From: Coniocarpon cinnabarinum
Lineage: Eukaryota
Length of the DNA: 64,000 nucleotides
Assembly: GCA_051942205.1 (NCBI GenBank)
Contig: JAVECO010000045.1
Location: 62,001 to 126,000, forward strand
Direction of reading: 5' to 3'
A program made the translations under genes and the position numbers. Below, one piece after another: positions 10,360 through 20,746 of this stretch. The notes beneath the pieces were generated by a model. The model worked only from the letters and a program-made list of their open reading frames with translations. It did no database searches and was not told the origin of the DNA. How positions within the stretch are numbered: position 1 is the stretch's first letter; every line of letters begins with the position of its first letter.

Positions 10360-13300
10360 ATGACAACCGTACAGAACGCCGCCTCGACTCCACAGACAGC
10401 CGCCAATCCAGTCGCACAATCCAGTGGCGCTGGTTCGCCCACTGTGACGGGCAAGCCTTCACCCAATTCGCAAACCCACGCGCCACGATCCTACGCACAC
10501 GCCACCAAGTCTTCAGTATCAGGACCCGTGGCTAACGGTTCCAGCGCGCCTCTTGTGGTTGGTGGAAGTGGTCCTGCTGTCGCTGCTGCCCCTGCACAGA
10601 ATGGGAAACGCGATTCCGTGAGCGCTCGACAACAACAACCATCATCATCAAACAACATGGCTGCGCCGGCGATCGTCAACAGTTCCGCTGCTGCGAACGG
10701 TGGATCTGGCGTCTCTGAACATGTTCGCAAACCTTCGGTCACGATCAGCGCAGCTGGCGCGTCTGGACAAATGCCAAATGGCGCTCCACAAACCCCCAGT
10801 GGCGCGCGTCCTAACTTGACATTTGGTTCCATGACCGCCAGCGGCTCACCCGCAATTGCCGACAGTACTCCATACTCAGCACCGCAACAACAATCCTCAC
10901 ATCAACAAGCCCCTCAGCAATCGCAAGGCTCTCAACAAAATTCCAACTTACCCGCTCCACCTCATGACCCAAGGATTACATCACCAGCTGCCTCACCAAC
11001 TCCCATACCTCAACCAGCTACAAGTGGCGGTCGACCCCCATCGATTGCTTCTCAGCCCAACGGTGTCAACGGTGTCAATTTCGGCAGCCTGACTGGTGGT
11101 CCTGGCCCCGAAACCAGTCATAGTCCTCAGCTTACTGGTACTCCCCAACAGCAGCCACATCAAGGTACCATGCCTGGACAGCCGCCTGCACATTTTCGAA
11201 GGGCATCGTCTCAAGGCCACGGTGACTACTCTACTGGTATGCCAATGGGTCGAGGTGGTGCTGGTGCTGGAGGCAGTGGGTATATGGGCCGTCAAGGGCG
11301 TGGCGGCTTTCAGCAGCAGGGCTATGCAGGTCCAATGCCCAACTCTCCGCGGTTCTCTGCGATGCAACCCCAATACGGCCATGCAAGTGGTCCCAGAGCT
11401 GTCCCTGCTCACTTCCACAATCAAATGGGACCTCACCCAGGATCACCTCATGGAGGACCTCCTCGAAGTCCTGCTCCTATGGGCTCGAATCCCGGTACGC
11501 CACATAATCAACCTATTCAAATGCATGGCCAAGGCATGTACCCCGCCTATGGTGGTTACAGTGCTCAACTTGGTGCCCCTCCCGGACAGTATAACATGCA
11601 ACCCGGGTTCGATCCGAATTACTCTTACTACCAACAGCCGTATCAGATGCATCCCAATTACATCCCGGGCGCGCCATCAAGTCCTCGAAACCCCCAACAG
11701 TATCGGACGCAACCACCTCCCTCTCATCACCAACAACCACCATATGGCCAAGGTCAATATGGGGGTCCGCCTGCCAACAACATGTCACGATCTTCCTCTC
11801 AAATGTCAGTCTCCGAGCGACCGGGTTCCGCTTTGAGTTCGCAGCACGCTCCAGCTCCTCACTCGTCGACACCATCCAACAGTCACTCATCACACAACCA
11901 CAGTCAAAGCACGAGTGCAGCAGCGAATGCAAACTTCAAGATTCCCACGCGTACCAACAAGAGCATCGTCATCAAAAATGCTGATGGTGAGGTTGTCAAC
12001 TTTGATTCAAAGAAGACCTCGCCAGCGCCTCCTCCTTCACAATCTCCCGCACCTAGCAATCCTACGCCACCTCCTCGGACAAGCAGCACATCATCACATC
12101 GACACTCTCGTTCGGATAGTCAATCTGGCAAATCTACCGCCGAGATTCGTGCTGAGTTTCAGGAGAAAGTCAAGCGTGAACAGGAGAAGGAGCCTGGTAT
12201 CAAAGAGGAAGACAGTCCCATTGTGGTGAAGAGTGATGACACTGTCAAGCCGGAACAAGAGCCAGCCATTGCCAAGAGTGAGCTCGCCACAGCACCTGCT
12301 GAGAAGGCCAGCGAACTCGCAAAGCCTGTCGTCGATGATGCAGCTGTTGATGTTCCTCAACCGACTGAAGGATCCAAGGCCGATGAGCTCAAGACTGAGA
12401 AGCAAGATGCTTCTGTCGAGTCAGCTCCAGCAAAGGTCGACGCCTCGCCTGAGAAACCAGTGACAGATGTCAAATCTGGTGAAACAGACGAAGAGCGCAA
12501 GAAGCGTGAAGACGATGAAGAAATGGAACGCATGATCGCTGAAATGGAAGCCAAGGAACGCGAAGAAGAAGAGCGAGAGCGTGCTTTCCAAGAGAAGCGA
12601 GAGAAGGAGAAAGCAGAACAAGCTGCCAAAGACAAGGCTGCCAAAGAGAACGAGGACGAACGCCTCAAGGCAGCCGAGAAAGAAGCAGAGGCCCTCGAGG
12701 AAGCTCGTGAAGCGGAAAGAGCTGCCGAGAAGGCCAAAACTGAGGAAAAGACTGATGACCAGAAAGCAGAAGACGACAAGCTGTTTGCTTCTCTCAGGAA
12801 GGCACCTCCTCCCTCAGGCGCAGAATCCGAAGCTCCTATCCCATCTCCATCAACGGCACCTAGTACACCTGCAGAGGATGGCAAAGAAGGGTTTGCTCCA
12901 CGATCAGCTCGTCCGAGTGGTTCCAAGCAGAAGCCTGCAGCGCTGAAGCTTGAGACTGCAAAGATGGTTGAACCTGCACAGCCAACCCCGGGAATGCGAT
13001 CTCTGCGGTCTGCTCGAATACTCAACCTCAAAGCCGAAGCTGTCAACTATCCCGAGGGTATTTCATCTCCAAATCCTGCTCTCAACCAATCAGGCAGACG
13101 TGGTGGCAAAGTCTACGACAAGGACTTCCTCATGCAATTCCAAGAAGCCTTCAAAGAGAAGCCATCCATGGATTGGGATCAAAAGTTGAAGGAGACTCTA
13201 GGAGACCCCAGCGACTCATCAGTCCCCAAGTCTGCGCGCACACCCGGTCCTCGACAAGCCTCCCACGGCGGTCACCGTCCGGCACCGCAACCCTCAATGG

Positions 13301-15129
13301 CACCAACACCAATGGGCAGTTTCACCGGTCCTGCTGGTCGCACACTACCCGCAGGTACCACTTCAGCCGAAAGATTTGCGGCATCTCAGACTGGACGACC
13401 TATGAATGCCAACGCTCTTGCCAGTCGATTTGGGAACCAACAACCTTTCCCTATGGGTCAAGGTATGCCCGGTCGTGCACCATCCATGGGTAACATGCCC
13501 AATTATGCTCAGATGCCTCACCGCGGTGCCAGCAAGCAAGGCAGCAAGGGCGCTCGACAACCCAGCGTCAAGGAACAAGCTGAGATGAACAAGAAGATGC
13601 CTCTCACCGCCGGTGGAGACCTTAAACCTCTCGAAGCCAGTCAGTCTGGATGGAAACCGACGAGCGTTGGACGACCTGGCATGCCTGGCACGACTCCTGA
13701 TGGCTACTTGCCTCCCGACCTGGTCCAGCGTAAGGTCAAGTCAAACCTCAACAAATTGACGCCCGAACGATTTGAGCGCATCTCAGGCGAAATCCTCAAG
13801 ATCGCCGCCCAGTCACAGTCAGAGACGGATGGTCGAACCTTGCGACAAGTCATTGCTCTCTTGTTTGAGAAGGCTTGTGATGAAGCACATTGGGCCAGCA
13901 TGTACGCACGATTTGCCAATCGCATGTTACATGAGATGAGTCCCGAGATCAAAGATGAAAACATTGTCGACCGCAACCAACAACCTGTCATTGGCGGCAA
14001 CCTCTTCCGGAAATATCTCCTCAACCGATGTCAAGAAGAGTTCGAACGCGGTTGGGAAGTCAATCTCCCCATGAACGCTGAAGGCCAACAAGGAGAAGCC
14101 GCCATGATGTCTGACGAATATTACAAAGCAGCTGCGGCGAAACGAAAAGGTCTCGGTCTGGTGCAGTTCATTGGTGAACTGTACAAGTTGGGTATGTTGA
14201 GTGCAAAGATCATGCATACTTGTGTCAAGAAATTGCTCGACTTCGAAGGCGAGCCGGATGAGGCATCAGTCGAGAGTTTGACGAAACTGCTCCGCACTGT
14301 GGGTCAAAAGCTGGAGGAAGACGCTGGCGCACAAATGATGACTGCCTACTTCCAACGCATCGATCAGATCATGAATACCAAGGACCTGCCCAGCCGCATG
14401 TATTTCATGCTTCTCGACGTCCGGGATCTACGCAGTGGTGGCTGGTCATCCAAGGATGATTCCAAGGGTCCCAAGACCATCACCGAGATCCGCGAACAAG
14501 CTGCGGCCGACCAACAGATCAAAGAGCAGGAACGATTGAAAGAGAAGCAACGTGGCGGTCCCGGAGGTCGTATGCCTTCTGGTCGTGGTGACGCTCGAAA
14601 CTTCTCCGGTGGACCGATGCCACCTCCTGATTACAACCGCAACACGCTTGCCACGGACGACCTACGCAAACTCAGTGCTCGCAAAGCCGAACGACAAGCG
14701 AGTAATGCCCCTGGTCGATCACTGGGACCGGCATCGATGATGGGATCGAGGAGTAGCAGCGGTCGTGGTCTCGGCCCGTCAACATTAATGAGTCGAACGG
14801 GCAGTTCAGCTGGATCAAGTCCAAGCGGCTCTGGTCTCCACTCTCGATCCGCGTCCATGGCGAAGCTCGACAAGAAGGATGACGAGCCCAAGACAAACGT
14901 CAATGCATTCAGGTATGTTGTCAATGACTCACTGAGCTCGTCCTTGAGAAGCGACGGTACTAACAATTCTTCTAGTGCACTGGCAAGCATGGAATCTGAA
15001 GGAGCCGATCCAACCCCGCAATCATCACCACCCGTGAACAAGTCTCAACCAGCAACCAACGCCAGTAGCAGCAGTAGCAATGCCAACACGAACACCAGCA
15101 AGCAGCCGGACGATAAGCCCAACTCATGA
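10360..15129 (+). CDS. TIF4631: Translation initiation factor eIF4G; one 63-nt intron (14913-14975)
   Basis: eIF4E-binding YxxxxL motif (YDKDFLM) and MIF4G domain (VQRKVKSNLNKLTPERF, FRKYLLNRCQEEFE, GLVQFIGELYKL). Splicing GTATGT..TACTAAC..TAG gives NAFSAL. Confidence 0.95.
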   Translation: MTTVQNAASTPQTAANPVAQSSGAGSPTVTGKPSPNSQTHAPRSYAHATKSSVSGPVANGSSAPLVVGGSGPAVAAAPAQNGKRDSVSARQQQPSSSNNMAAPAIVNSSAAANGGSGVSEHVRKPSVTISAAGASGQMPNGAPQTPSGARPNLTFGSMTASGSPAIADSTPYSAPQQQSSHQQAPQQSQGSQQNSNLPAPPHDPRITSPAASPTPIPQPATSGGRPPSIASQPNGVNGVNFGSLTGGPGPETSHSPQLTGTPQQQPHQGTMPGQPPAHFRRASSQGHGDYSTGMPMGRGGAGAGGSGYMGRQGRGGFQQQGYAGPMPNSPRFSAMQPQYGHASGPRAVPAHFHNQMGPHPGSPHGGPPRSPAPMGSNPGTPHNQPIQMHGQGMYPAYGGYSAQLGAPPGQYNMQPGFDPNYSYYQQPYQMHPNYIPGAPSSPRNPQQYRTQPPPSHHQQPPYGQGQYGGPPANNMSRSSSQMSVSERPGSALSSQHAPAPHSSTPSNSHSSHNHSQSTSAAANANFKIPTRTNKSIVIKNADGEVVNFDSKKTSPAPPPSQSPAPSNPTPPPRTSSTSSHRHSRSDSQSGKSTAEIRAEFQEKVKREQEKEPGIKEEDSPIVVKSDDTVKPEQEPAIAKSELATAPAEKASELAKPVVDDAAVDVPQPTEGSKADELKTEKQDASVESAPAKVDASPEKPVTDVKSGETDEERKKREDDEEMERMIAEMEAKEREEEERERAFQEKREKEKAEQAAKDKAAKENEDERLKAAEKEAEALEEAREAERAAEKAKTEEKTDDQKAEDDKLFASLRKAPPPSGAESEAPIPSPSTAPSTPAEDGKEGFAPRSARPSGSKQKPAALKLETAKMVEPAQPTPGMRSLRSARILNLKAEAVNYPEGISSPNPALNQSGRRGGKVYDKDFLMQFQEAFKEKPSMDWDQKLKETLGDPSDSSVPKSARTPGPRQASHGGHRPAPQPSMAPTPMGSFTGPAGRTLPAGTTSAERFAASQTGRPMNANALASRFGNQQPFPMGQGMPGRAPSMGNMPNYAQMPHRGASKQGSKGARQPSVKEQAEMNKKMPLTAGGDLKPLEASQSGWKPTSVGRPGMPGTTPDGYLPPDLVQRKVKSNLNKLTPERFERISGEILKIAAQSQSETDGRTLRQVIALLFEKACDEAHWASMYARFANRMLHEMSPEIKDENIVDRNQQPVIGGNLFRKYLLNRCQEEFERGWEVNLPMNAEGQQGEAAMMSDEYYKAAAAKRKGLGLVQFIGELYKLGMLSAKIMHTCVKKLLDFEGEPDEASVESLTKLLRTVGQKLEEDAGAQMMTAYFQRIDQIMNTKDLPSRMYFMLLDVRDLRSGGWSSKDDSKGPKTITEIREQAAADQQIKEQERLKEKQRGGPGGRMPSGRGDARNFSGGPMPPPDYNRNTLATDDLRKLSARKAERQASNAPGRSLGPASMMGSRSSSGRGLGPSTLMSRTGSSAGSSPSGSGLHSRSASMAKLDKKDDEPKTNVNAFRYVVNDSLSSSLRSDGTNNSSSALASMESEGADPTPQSSPPVNKSQPATNASSSSSNANTNTSKQPDDKPNS

Positions 15130-16005
15130 GTCAAACGAATTCGATACTTTCGTTTTCCAGCATATCAATATCAGTGATACCCCATATTGTACATTTAATT
15201 GAGCCAACCTTCTTTCGCTTCTCTCCACCGACGGCTTCGCGACAACATCCTCATCAATCCTGCTACTACTGCTGCTGGTGCTCATGGTATCTGGTGTTGC
15301 TGCTGCTGGCTGCCGTCGACGAAAACACCTTGACTTGTACTTTAGTGTGTGAACGGCATTTGCATCAAAAGTTTCTTTCGGGTCCGACGTTTTTCACAGC
15401 CTGAAAACAGAGCATCAGGCTGCTCACTGCTCGAGGCGCACGGATGTGGCCATTCAAGTTCGGCATTGACGGGCGTTTCGTTTTTTCTTCGACTTAAAAG
15501 ACTGTTTTAATTGGACGGAGCAATGTGGCTGCTCGTGATGGAGGTTAATTTGCAAAGGGGTACAGTCGGCGTGTGACTGGCGCTTTTTTCTTTTGAGGGG
15601 AGGAAGGGAGTCGCAGAGGCGTCTGTGGAGATGGAGAGGACAGCAGGACGCTGCTTGTGGAAGGATCAAGTGAGCGGACGGGTAATGGGGGTTACTCGTT
15701 TGCTTGCGCGTCTGGATACAGCAGTCACCAGCCAGCGAGATAAACGGAGAAGTGTTTGAACGGGAGTGTTGTACTTGTAGAGACGCCTTGGGAATGGAAA
15801 GCGTCATGTCTTTAGATTCGAATGCGAAAAACATGCTCAAACATTGCCTTCTTCTTTTTTTCCTAACCTGCCTATTCACCATGTGACGGTCTATCCGAAA
15901 GAGCGCGCATGAGATCTCTTTCCTTGCTCTTAAGTTTCTCTAAATTCCATGTAGGGATTGAATACAGAAATCATATTGCAAATGTAAAATCAGAACTAGT
16001 CTAAC

Positions 16006-16170
16006 GCAAGGGTGGCCGAGCGGTTATGGCGTGTGACTCAAGCTTCAAGCTTCCATCTGAAGTGATGGCTTTCTCATAACGAAAGTTGCGTGGGTTCGAA
16101 GTATGTTTAGGCGTCGATTCCGCAAAATTTTAAATAGCGACTCTAACTGTGCGTAGTCCCACCCCTTGCA
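16006..16170 (+). tRNA. tRNA-Leu-CAA: tRNA-Leu(CAA) with a canonical 37/38 intron (~16043-16070) and a second intron in the T-loop (16101-16156)
   Basis: Acceptor stem GCAAGGG/CCCTTGC, discriminator A and A-box TGGCCGAGCGG. Anticodon arm TGTGA-CT-CAA-G..T-TCTCA has one U-U mismatch. Long variable arm AAC-GAAA-GTT. T-arm GTGGG-TTCGAA^T-CCCAC is complete only after removing 16101-16156. Confidence 0.9.
16101..16156 (+). other. Putative U2-type spliceosomal intron inside the tRNA T-loop
   Basis: 5' GTATGT, branch CTAAC at 16143-16147, 3' TAG, 56 nt. Similar in size to mRNA introns in this window (51-63 nt in Aquarius, TOR and eIF4G). Confidence 0.85.
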
Positions 16171-16188
16171 GCATTTGCGCGTTTCGCC

Positions 16189-16196
16189 TTTTTTTT
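16189..16196 (+). terminator. RNA polymerase III oligo-dT terminator
   Basis: T8 run starting 19 nt after the tRNA 3' end. Confidence 0.8.
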
Positions 16197-16860
16197 CTTT
16201 TTGACTTTTGCCTCTACATCCTGTCCTTTCGTCGTCCTGTCTCACCGTTGTTCAATTCTAGTGACGATGCCACTCTGAGCTGAAAAGCTTGATTTGTCTT
16301 GCCTTTTTGTGTCTAGTAAAGGATTGGGTTCTTGACCGCAAGGTTCTGGACTGAGTCCGTTGTCGCGTTCGATGTTCCTAGCATACACGAGCGACGCGCA
16401 TTGAGCAACCAGCTTGAAATGACCAACTCTTAGGCAACCGAAGCGATAAGAGCACAAGAAGTCTTGCTAGGCACTCAGTTGTGTGTCACAAAATATTTTG
16501 TCCATGATCCTCCGGCGCCATCGAAGACTTCATCCTGCTCTATGCATTTGCTGACAACTACCTACTCTTCCTTTCCCAATCTAGGACATTGAGAATTCTA
16601 TACCACATTCCGACTCGTGCTCAAACACCGTCCCCTGTTCCCACGTGGTTCAAAGCGCCGTAGCGCTGGATGCACCATCCGCCGCGTTCACTTGGTGGGG
16701 AGCCGATGGACGTTCCTACTTGAACCACGCTTGGCAACCTCAGCCAACCCCAGCCAGCTCCAGGCATGCTTCATGCTGCCACGGTCCGAGACCGATGGAG
16801 CAACGGTTGTTTGAGATGAGCCGATAGCCATCTGGCGATCTTGGGTAGAGTGGTGGTAGG

Positions 16861-16868
16861 TATATAAG
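16861..16868 (+). promoter_or_regulatory. Probable TATA box for the gene at 16983
   Basis: TATATAAG ~120 nt upstream of the ATG, followed by a CT-rich tract. Confidence 0.5.
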
Positions 16869-16982
16869 ATGTAAGCGTGTAGATCTATTCTATGTGTATT
16901 GTTGTCCTTCTCTAGCTCTTTGCTGCTCGCACCTTCTTCGTTTCCTTGCTATCGAGTTGCAGCTTAGTGATAGAGAACGAGC

Positions 16983-17869
16983 ATGTCATGTACGTTGCCC
17001 ATTCTCATCACCCATAGCCTAGAACCATCCTCAGACATTCCCCATCATCAACCCCATCTCACAAAAGCCCACAACCCTCCATGCACTCATCCCCCCTCCA
17101 CGCACTCATACCATCTTTCTCTCAATTTAAACCTACCAACTAACAGACCACGGCAGTCCTCAAAAAATCAGACAACACATCCCTCTCAACACCCCTCCCC
17201 GCCTCCACGCCCGCACCCACCATCCTCTCCGTCCTCCACAACCACACCTTTCTGCTCGCCCTCGACTCCACCGCCGAGTCCAGCACCATCATCTCAGGCA
17301 ACCAGGACTACAGCGCCGAATACGACGTCACGGCCAAGAAGCCGATCGGGAAGACGACGTATCAGCTTAGGATCGATGGGAGTATTAATGATGGGGTGGA
17401 CTTGGAGGTCACGGCGCATCCGCCTACTGGTGAGTTTGACTTCTCATTTCCGTGGAGATGGTATCTCGACGTGGCTCTCAACCCGGACGAGTCGATCGCG
17501 GCATTGGGCCGAGATCGACTGCAAGGACAGATGAAGACGAGTGAAGCGAGGCAGGTTCTCGACTGGCAGAGGCGCCGTCAAAAAGCATTCTCGGGATTGT
17601 TAGAGACGAGACTGACCGTGACAGGCACCATGAAGATCTGGAGCAAAATCCGCGTCACCAAGGGCAGCAAAGGCTGGGAACTCAACGAAGAAGTCAAGAT
17701 CCAAGGGAATAGAATGATCGTCGGCTTCGTGCGCAGCAACGTCGAAGTCGAGCACAAGGCTTGGCACAGCAAGATTGTCGAAGAAGCGGAGAGGCGCGAG
17801 AAGAATGGTGACGCTTCTGAGAAGGGCGTCGTCGAGACTGTGGGGACGAAGGGGGGTGTAGCGGCTTGA
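16983..17869 (+). CDS. Small fungal protein (possibly DUF7053/SRPBCC-like); exons 16983-16989, 17157-17429, 17625-17869
   Basis: Introns GTACGT..ACTAAC..CAG (16990-17156) and GTGAGT..ACTGAC..CAG (17430-17624) give a continuous ~174-aa product (MSFLKKSD..LSVLHNH..HPPTGTMKIWSK..EHKAWH). Family call is from recall only. Confidence 0.7.
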
Positions 17870-18461
17870 GGAGGTTTCTGGAGGGGGTGGCGGCTTAAAT
17901 GGGTTTTTGGTGGATGAAGTCGTGGAGTGTGGGTGAGATGGTAGTGTGCGGTTCGTAGAGACCCCCCCCTTTTGAAGATTTCATTATCTTTGTTTGCTTG
18001 TTCCAGTGCATATCACGATTGGCCGTTGTGGCGAAGATTCCGTACCGTACCGATATTTCGGGTAGTAAAGGTAGGTATTGTAGTGAACGGCTCAGCACGG
18101 TCAGATCAGGCCATACGAGAGGATCGCCGCCGTACTCAAGGAAAAGCAAACAGTCCATACTTTAAAGCCACGGCTTTCCAAGGATCGAGTATGGTGTAAT
18201 GGCGAACGCCCGTTTCGGCGGCTTGTAGAGTACGATGCTTTGCACAAACCGACAATGCAGTAACCATTATCATTGTTTGTGGAAAACATGGTATGTCTCA
18301 GAGTAGATCGCCACTGTTTCGCGTTTACGACTGTGTGTACTGAAATACAGCCCTTGCCCTCGTGCGATTCACTCATTTAACTCATACTCATATTCTCCCA
18401 TACCTTGATTGAACATCTTTAGCACAAGCCGGTCTTGACGCTCGCAATCTTTGACAATACA

Positions 18462-18858
18462 ATGGTCTCTTTCCTACTCTTCGCATTTGCCATCTCCGCT
18501 GCGTATGCGTCACTGACACATACCATCACAAGTTTCCCAAACCCACGAGCAAGACAGACGCGACACAGTATGTTTTCCAGACCAAAATTGATGACAACGC
18601 TCGCTCCATAAAGACTGGTAACCCGCACTTTGCTTTCGGAAAGTGGACGGTCGATTCGTTCGAAGGATACCCATTGTGACTCAGCTGTCCTTTGCGGGGA
18701 ACCGAGGCGCCTATGGACATTTGAAGTGCCCTGTTACGCCTGCTGGGGGCGTGGATTGCATTGCGCCTCCGAAAGAGTACAATGTTGAGAATCATCATTG
18801 TGTCGATGCTGATGGGGGCACTAATGACATGACGTTGATGGCGGTGTGTCAGTGGTGA
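18462..18858 (+). pseudogene. Degenerate copy of the small secreted Cys-rich protein family (internal deletion, frameshifts, TGA)
   Basis: Signal peptide MVSFLLFAFAISAAYAS and 3' end GHLKCP..GGVDCIAP..MTLMAVCQW* match the neighbours. The middle is shortened and frameshifted, and TGA replaces the Gly of YxLG. Confidence 0.8.
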
Positions 18859-19188
18859 AAGATGGACACAACTAGATGATCAACCGTCTTGTACCAATGT
18901 TCCGGCTAGTAAAGGTAGATTAGCATGGTTAGCCAAGGGTATTTGACAGAGTACCGCCCTTATGCTTTTAGAACTCACATAGCCTACCTCTGCCGCGATC
19001 TGGCCATCCAAGGCACAAGTACGGCGGTAAATGCGGTGCATGCCGCGTCTCGGACATGCTCCAGAATGTATCGCCACCAATTCGCCGTCGCTGGTGTTTG
19101 TATATAAGTATAGCCGAGTTCCTTCTCAGATCTCATAGACCCAGATCCTTCAACATTTCTTTAACGCGATACCAAACTCGAGGTTACA

Positions 19189-19716
19189 ATGACCCCTCTT
19201 CTACTATTTGCTCTTGCCATCTCCACGGCTTTTGCGTCACCATCGCGAGACATCACAAAGAGCGTGCACGTCGTGCTAGATATCTTCACCCCACCGATTA
19301 CATCCGGCAAGAACGAATCCGCAGCAACCCGAAACCTGAACTTCTACAATTTCCTACCTCTATCTAAGAACGCCCACTACGCTAACCCCGATTACTGTGC
19401 AATCCCTCTCACCAAGGACAAAGCACACGCAACACAATTTATTCACCAGAGCCCAATCGGCAGCCTCGCTGGTCTGGTTAATACGGAGTTCGGAGATGTG
19501 AAACTGGGACCGTTCGAGGGATACTCGTTGGGACCGGATTGTACCTTCATGGGGAGTCAGAGCCCCCGGGGTCATTTGAAGTGTCCTGCGACGATGCCTG
19601 CTGGTGGTGTTGACTGTATTGCTCCTCTCAAGGAATATTCTACTGACGTCAAGGGATGTGGGGATCCAGAGCGACCTGAGAACAAGATGGAGTTGCTGGC
19701 ATTGTGTCAGTGGTGA
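19189..19716 (+). CDS. Small secreted protein, 6 Cys, effector candidate
   Basis: Signal peptide, 175 aa, PDYC..GPFEGY.LGP.C..LKCPA..GGVDCI..C..LxALCQW. TATATAAG at 19101. Confidence 0.85.
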   Translation: MTPLLLFALAISTAFASPSRDITKSVHVVLDIFTPPITSGKNESAATRNLNFYNFLPLSKNAHYANPDYCAIPLTKDKAHATQFIHQSPIGSLAGLVNTEFGDVKLGPFEGYSLGPDCTFMGSQSPRGHLKCPATMPAGGVDCIAPLKEYSTDVKGCGDPERPENKMELLALCQW

Positions 19717-20164
19717 AAGTTGTAGACTGCTTAAGCCGCCGAAGACCTCTCGACACCGATGGTACAGAGATCACGGTGGGGGTTGGGATCGGGGATGGGA
19801 TGGCGACGGGTGGGATCTTGGTTGATGCAAGAGGGCTGGAATGGTTGGTCAGTTTGGTGTGGCTGTTCTTGTGTATGTCAACGATTAGCCGTCTTGTACC
19901 GATGATCCGGCTAGTGAAGGCTTAGCCACAGGTATCGAAGAGAGTCTCGCCACTGTCCTTTACCTTCCGCAAATAGCCCATACTACCCAGCTATCCGACT
20001 TTCAACGGCGTAAGTAAGATGGCGAACGCCCCCATGTTTCAAAATATGTTGCCATCGCCACTGTTTGCATATAAGTACAACGGGGTTCCCACTGAGTTCC
20101 AATAGATCCAGATCATTCAACATCATTGAACACGAGCTGAGCTTGACACTCCGTTTAATACACA

Positions 20165-20746
20165 ATGGCCTCCATCTTGCTGTTTGCTCTGGCTCTCTCC
20201 GCGACTTATGCCTCACCAACGCCTAGTGTTACAAAAAGCGTGCATATTGTATCCGAATCCAACAGCACTTGGGAGGGGGACGATAACGGCGCCCCAGCGC
20301 CCGAGTACTTCGACATCTTCAATCTCCCATCCGCATTACTGGGTTCCGAGTACATAGTCCCAGACTACTGCAAAATCAATCAAACAACAGATAAGCAGCA
20401 CCCGACACAGCTCATCTACCGGACGCTTCTCGGCCAAAACTCCCATCGCGTTCCTCTCAGTCAGAAAGATGCAGGGTACAAATTCGGGAAGTGGGAAATT
20501 GGGCCGTTTGAGGGATATGTGTTGGGTCCGAATTGTACCTTTTTCGGAAATCAGGGCTCCCATGGCTACGGTCGCCTGAGTTGTCCTGCTATCCCTGGTG
20601 GCGGTGTTGACTGCATTGATCCTTTTCGCAAAAAGCACGACATCCTAGAGCGCGATTGTGTACATCCGGAATTCGACCCTAAGAACGGGATGCTGGTTGA
20701 TGTATACACTACTGTTATGACCTTGGAAGCGTTGTGTCAATGGTGA
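20165..20746 (+). CDS. Small secreted protein, 6 Cys, paralog of 19189-19716
   Basis: Signal peptide, 193 aa, same Cys pattern and terminal ALCQW. CATATAAGTA at 20068. Confidence 0.85.
   Translation: MASILLFALALSATYASPTPSVTKSVHIVSESNSTWEGDDNGAPAPEYFDIFNLPSALLGSEYIVPDYCKINQTTDKQHPTQLIYRTLLGQNSHRVPLSQKDAGYKFGKWEIGPFEGYVLGPNCTFFGNQGSHGYGRLSCPAIPGGGVDCIDPFRKKHDILERDCVHPEFDPKNGMLVDVYTTVMTLEALCQW

Noticed and set aside
12357..13046. Long antisense ORFs over eIF4G (likewise over SKI2, THOC1, the lipase and the GPI gene)
   Set aside because: Shadow ORFs produced by codon bias and low complexity of the real CDS.
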